A DNA stretch of 62,200 nt, the filler included, from Babesia bigemina (Eukaryota), in assembly GCF_000981445.1 (NCBI RefSeq). It is 8 parts of 8 records of this genome, joined end to end, with 100 filler letters (N's around TTAATTAATTAA, not from the genome) between each part and the next. Parts side by side here need not be neighbours in the genome. Positions count along the whole stretch, not along the records: positions 42,478 to 62,200 come from NW_012237196.1; 7 more parts are not named here. One strand, written 5' to 3'. Under the pieces are notes generated by a model. The model saw nothing but the letters and a program-made list of their open reading frames with translations, was not told where the DNA came from and searched no databases. Shown piece by piece: positions 58,258 to 62,200 of the stretch (position 1 is the stretch's first letter; each line of letters starts with the position of its first letter). The position numbers and the translations under genes were made by a program.

Positions 58258-61200
58258 TTATGGTTGCAGATAAAACACCCTCCCCAGTTTGTTAACACGT
58301 GCAGCGGCAAGCAGTGATTGAGCAGCTATCCTATGACTCGAGGGACTATGCAAATGCGATTTGAAGTGGAGGAGGTCTAGGCGGATGACCATGACGTGGA
58401 GGAGGTAGAAGAGGGATAGTGACCAGAGGGCGACGTTGAGCCAGATGAAGGGTGCTCGGATGATGAAGAGGAATTTGTCACATTCCTTAAATAATTTCGT
58501 GAAGTAGTCGGACATTAGTACATTCTTCAACTGCTTGCAGAAGTCGGCACATGTGTTTGGATAATTTTTGTTTTGTAATTTGGATGGATCACCGAAGGAG
58601 AACCCATAACTGTACAACGTCGGAGCGACGCCTTTGCAATCAACAATAGAGTGGCATTGACAATTAGGTTTTTTGGAGGCGTCACTTATTGATCCATGAT
58701 CTCCGCGTTTGCACTTGTCGCCTCTTAAACAGCCACGGCAGCCCCAGTCTTGACAGTAAATGTTGCAAAACGCGTCATACAAATTTTTAAGATTCGCCCA
58801 AAAGCTCCATGGGAGGTAGACAGCCCATGACAGGTAGAGGCTAGCATGCTTCTCAGCAAGGTAACGATGAGAATGGCGGCATAGTGTGGAAATATAGGAG
58901 CCGCACTCAAGTTCCAGGTTGTCCTTGTCTTTGCAGCTATCAGACGTGACAAGATTCCTAAGATGGGCAGCTGTACATTTACCATGCTTAGGAGACGGCG
59001 AACCATATGCGTTGGTGAGTGTTGCAGTTAGTGTCGACTGGTCGGTGTAAAGCTTAACGGACTGCTTCGTGATAGATGCACCGAATGCATTCTTAAGTGC
59101 TTCTATGTTATCATTCTTCAGTTCCGTTTTCGCATTAAGACCGTTTACGAGCGACAACGAGAATCCAAAGTGCTCAGCCAGCGTGGACGGAGGTGTGGGA
59201 ACGAGGCAGAATAGCCCTGTGAGGTACCTTATACCGACGAATTTGCTTAGCACTTCACACAGCTGTTTGCCCGTTTTTGTACTACCCGAAAAACATCTAA
59301 AGCCAAGTGGAGTTAGACATGGCATTCCTTTTCTAGAGGTGGATGGACAGGTAGCGCACTCATATTTGCAACCGATTTTGCTGAGTTGGTGCGGTAAATG
59401 ACCAGGAAGACAATCATTCAAATAGGACATTAAAGGGGAAGTTGGTTGGCAGTTTACTTTGCTGTTTGCCTCGCACGTTGGTTGGCACTTTGGTTGCTTA
59501 ATTGGTTGGCTCGTTGCTTTGTCACTTGAGTGCTCCTTGCACGGCCATTTGGCTGGAGCGGTGTACATACCGTACTCGCAGTCGTACCAACCGTGATGTT
59601 CAGCTTTGAGTTTGCATTGGTTCTTCAAAAACATCAACGTCGGTAGAACTCTACGCAAGATGTCCAGGAGCATGTCGAGGCAATCTTCACCTGACGCCGG
59701 GTAGTGGAATTTCATGGAGTTATTGCAGAAATCACTGCCGTAGATTGTATCGGCGTCGCCTGTACCTGCAACCGTGGTCAGTACATCATAGGCGTTTGCA
59801 CAAGCGTATGTTACGGCGTCACATATTTTATCATATGGTATGTACCTTGGGTACGCCTCTAAGGACAACGGTTTGTCAGCTTCTAATGACAAGAAGCTTT
59901 CCTCACTCACTGCTGCCTCATCAACTTCATTTTCGAATGGCGGACGAAGTCCGTTGATAAACAAGTCTTGTTTAGCTGGATTGTGTGTTAGACCCGAAAG
60001 CCAAACTAACATTTCGAACACGCTACACGGCTTTCTGGTTGAATTTAATGTGGCCATATGACAGACGTCATAGTACTTGTCAATGTGATTGAGGAAGCAT
60101 TTAAGCATATCGAAAATGTCAAATTTATCAGCTTTTTTCTGCTTCGTTGTCTTATCTGCTTCATTCGACTCGCACGTCTTAAAATGATCAACAACGTTGA
60201 GAGTCTTTATTTCTTCGTTGAGCTTGCCAAGAACCTTTTTGCCGGTCATGCTAGTTATACATTGCGATTCACCGTCCTTAGAGTTCTCCGTTTTCGCTAC
60301 TGCATAACCGCAACGCCGAAGGTATGAACCAAGCGGGTTATCCTCGCCTCCCTCAGTTTCACAAAGTTTTTTGTTGCTCCACTCATCTTCACATTCATAT
60401 TTTAACATCGAAATGTCTTCGTGAATGATATTAAAAAGCGTGAGGAAGATCTTGGACAACCTCCTACCGTCATCCGTCAACTCCTCGTTTGAGCCAGAAT
60501 CTCCATCAGATTTTTTGGCGTCAATTTTTGGTCTAACAAGCTTAAATGTATCCCAATTAATAGGTTTTCCATCATCATACCCGTTCACATACACCCGCTC
60601 CATCTGCTCGACAAACCCCTGCAGCCCCTTTTTGACCGCATCGAGCAGCTCCGGGTGCCGGGGGTTGGCGAAGGCGGAGGGGGATAGGGAGTGGAGGGAG
60701 GTGGAGAGGTGGGAGAGTAAAGAGACGAATTTATTATCGTAATTATATATTTTAAGCTTCTTATCTCTGGCAAGATGCACAAGTATTTCATCTAAATTTT
60801 CTTGGACTTTCTTAACGTCTTCAGCATGGTCTCCACCGACGGTGGGCTTGGGGGGATCTCTCTGATTTAAAATTTGGAAATATATGAATTGTAATATATA
60901 GTCCAGATAATCCCTTAATTTTAGTGATGATAACTCAACATTTTGATTAGCGTTCAGCTCTTTAACTAGGGCACCGAGTTGACCACCCGTTTCATCCTTG
61001 CCGTACATGACTTTTAAGAAACCTTTTAAACCGGTTTTTAGGCCGCGCTTTATGATGTTTTCGATTGCTGCAATTTGCTCTACAACGAGAGTTTTGAGAG
61101 CTAACAAATCTGCGAAATGGGTATCCGCGAATAGAGTCTGCACTTGGTTGGTAACTGTTAGGAAGGATGCTCTTGCGTGTTCCAACATTTTGGTTTGGAG

Positions 61201-62200
61201 AGATTGAAGTGCAGTTTGACAGCCTTCATGGGCATCTTTGACGGTAACACGGAGTGCCTGCATTGCATCATCCAACTGCGTGGAGGCAGTATTGATGGCT
61301 TCCTCAACAGAATTTCGTATCATGTTCTTAATGATTCGAATTTCTTTCCTCAACTCTTCCATTTTTTCAACTGCTTCCACCTTTGCTTCGGCAACATGTT
61401 GGGGGAGATTTTCTAAGTGGGAAATTGTCTGCTGCAGATGAGCAATGGATTCATCACGCAATGTTTGGTCTGTACCGTAGTCCCCAAGTTTTTGAGTGTC
61501 AAGCATATCAGTGCCTGAAATAAACGTTTTACCTATTTCAGTCTGTATGGCAGTGATGTCTCTCTGAAGGCTGCTGTTCTCCGTCGTGTTATGTTTGTAA
61601 TTTGTCATGATAGTATCAAATTTGATATCATCATCAGAGCCAATGTATTCGGTCAGTATGCTTTCCACCCTCCTCTCAACGCTGTCGTCAAGAGCAACAA
61701 GTTTGGCGGACGAAATGGCGGAGAAGGATGTAAGCGCAGTGCTCAGATTGTTATGGAGCTTGTCAATTTCCATTTTTGATTCCTCTAATGCTTTGGTAAG
61801 CTTATCGCCTATCTGAACGCCGTCTCCCCTATCATTTCCAAGTACATCCTTAATTTTCTGTGCATCTTTAATAGCTTCCTCCAAAGTGAAGTTGAGATTA
61901 AACTTCGTAATCGTACGTATGGTCTTGTCTTTGGTAGACGTAAGCGATTCAAGCGCATTGGCAGTTTGCCTGGCGGTAGAGGTTAGAGCCGCCAAAGCGT
62001 ATTGCACTGCAAGGTTGAGATTATATCTATTGTCAGTCGGGGTACTGGTGAAAACAGCGTTCTTTAGGTTAGCATTAATTTGACGTACTATAGGCTCGAC
62101 GAACGACAATTTACCAGCGCTTGTTAGTTTGTCTTCCCTGACTTTCGCTACGGAGAGCGTCATCAAATTTCTCGGAACCTTGTGGTACAGAGTCAATGCT
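58258..62200 (-). CDS. ves: ves/VESA-like gene, 3' part (hybrid B/A TM-tail); continues beyond the window
   Basis: 1312-aa ORF with the family domains. Confidence 0.87.
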   Translation of the reverse strand, partial: ALTLYHKVPRNLMTLSVAKVREDKLTSAGKLSFVEPIVRQINANLKNAVFTSTPTDNRYNLNLAVQYALAALTSTARQTANALESLTSTKDKTIRTITKFNLNFTLEEAIKDAQKIKDVLGNDRGDGVQIGDKLTKALEESKMEIDKLHNNLSTALTSFSAISSAKLVALDDSVERRVESILTEYIGSDDDIKFDTIMTNYKHNTTENSSLQRDITAIQTEIGKTFISGTDMLDTQKLGDYGTDQTLRDESIAHLQQTISHLENLPQHVAEAKVEAVEKMEELRKEIRIIKNMIRNSVEEAINTASTQLDDAMQALRVTVKDAHEGCQTALQSLQTKMLEHARASFLTVTNQVQTLFADTHFADLLALKTLVVEQIAAIENIIKRGLKTGLKGFLKVMYGKDETGGQLGALVKELNANQNVELSSLKLRDYLDYILQFIYFQILNQRDPPKPTVGGDHAEDVKKVQENLDEILVHLARDKKLKIYNYDNKFVSLLSHLSTSLHSLSPSAFANPRHPELLDAVKKGLQGFVEQMERVYVNGYDDGKPINWDTFKLVRPKIDAKKSDGDSGSNEELTDDGRRLSKIFLTLFNIIHEDISMLKYECEDEWSNKKLCETEGGEDNPLGSYLRRCGYAVAKTENSKDGESQCITSMTGKKVLGKLNEEIKTLNVVDHFKTCESNEADKTTKQKKADKFDIFDMLKCFLNHIDKYYDVCHMATLNSTRKPCSVFEMLVWLSGLTHNPAKQDLFINGLRPPFENEVDEAAVSEESFLSLEADKPLSLEAYPRYIPYDKICDAVTYACANAYDVLTTVAGTGDADTIYGSDFCNNSMKFHYPASGEDCLDMLLDILRRVLPTLMFLKNQCKLKAEHHGWYDCEYGMYTAPAKWPCKEHSSDKATSQPIKQPKCQPTCEANSKVNCQPTSPLMSYLNDCLPGHLPHQLSKIGCKYECATCPSTSRKGMPCLTPLGFRCFSGSTKTGKQLCEVLSKFVGIRYLTGLFCLVPTPPSTLAEHFGFSLSLVNGLNAKTELKNDNIEALKNAFGASITKQSVKLYTDQSTLTATLTNAYGSPSPKHGKCTAAHLRNLVTSDSCKDKDNLELECGSYISTLCRHSHRYLAEKHASLYLSWAVYLPWSFWANLKNLYDAFCNIYCQDWGCRGCLRGDKCKRGDHGSISDASKKPNCQCHSIVDCKGVAPTLYSYGFSFGDPSKLQNKNYPNTCADFCKQLKNVLMSDYFTKLFKECDKFLFIIRAPFIWLNVALWSLSLFYLLHVMVIRLDLLHFKSHLHSPSSHRIAAQSLLAAARVNKLGRVFYLQP

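Overview
This is eukaryotic (apicomplexan) DNA, most consistent with a Babesia of the B. bigemina/B. ovata group. It is not one locus: eight contigs are joined by 100-nt N-TTAATTAATTAA-N linkers. Six contigs carry head-to-tail ves/VESA-like variant surface antigen genes (nine whole or partial copies, with two C-terminal tail classes). The genes sit in a stereotyped module: ves stop > conserved 3' flank > 12-bp, 20-bp and G-rich 21-bp minisatellites > shared leader > next ves. A second module is ves stop > palindromic 21-bp GCTAG array > conserved ~480-bp unique block > ~75-bp array in which each unit looks like a 34-35 nt GT-AG mini-intron plus a ~40-nt exon > small Cys-rich C-terminally anchored gene > extra tandem TM-tail cassettes. 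One contig (29115-31061) is cloning vector (pSMART-type: cat promoter-blaTEM-rop-ori), and vector remnants remain at several contig ends. One contig (31162-42377) is a GC-rich macrosatellite built of 660 + n x 167 bp units. Family and species assignments come from motif recognition and were not checked by any database search.
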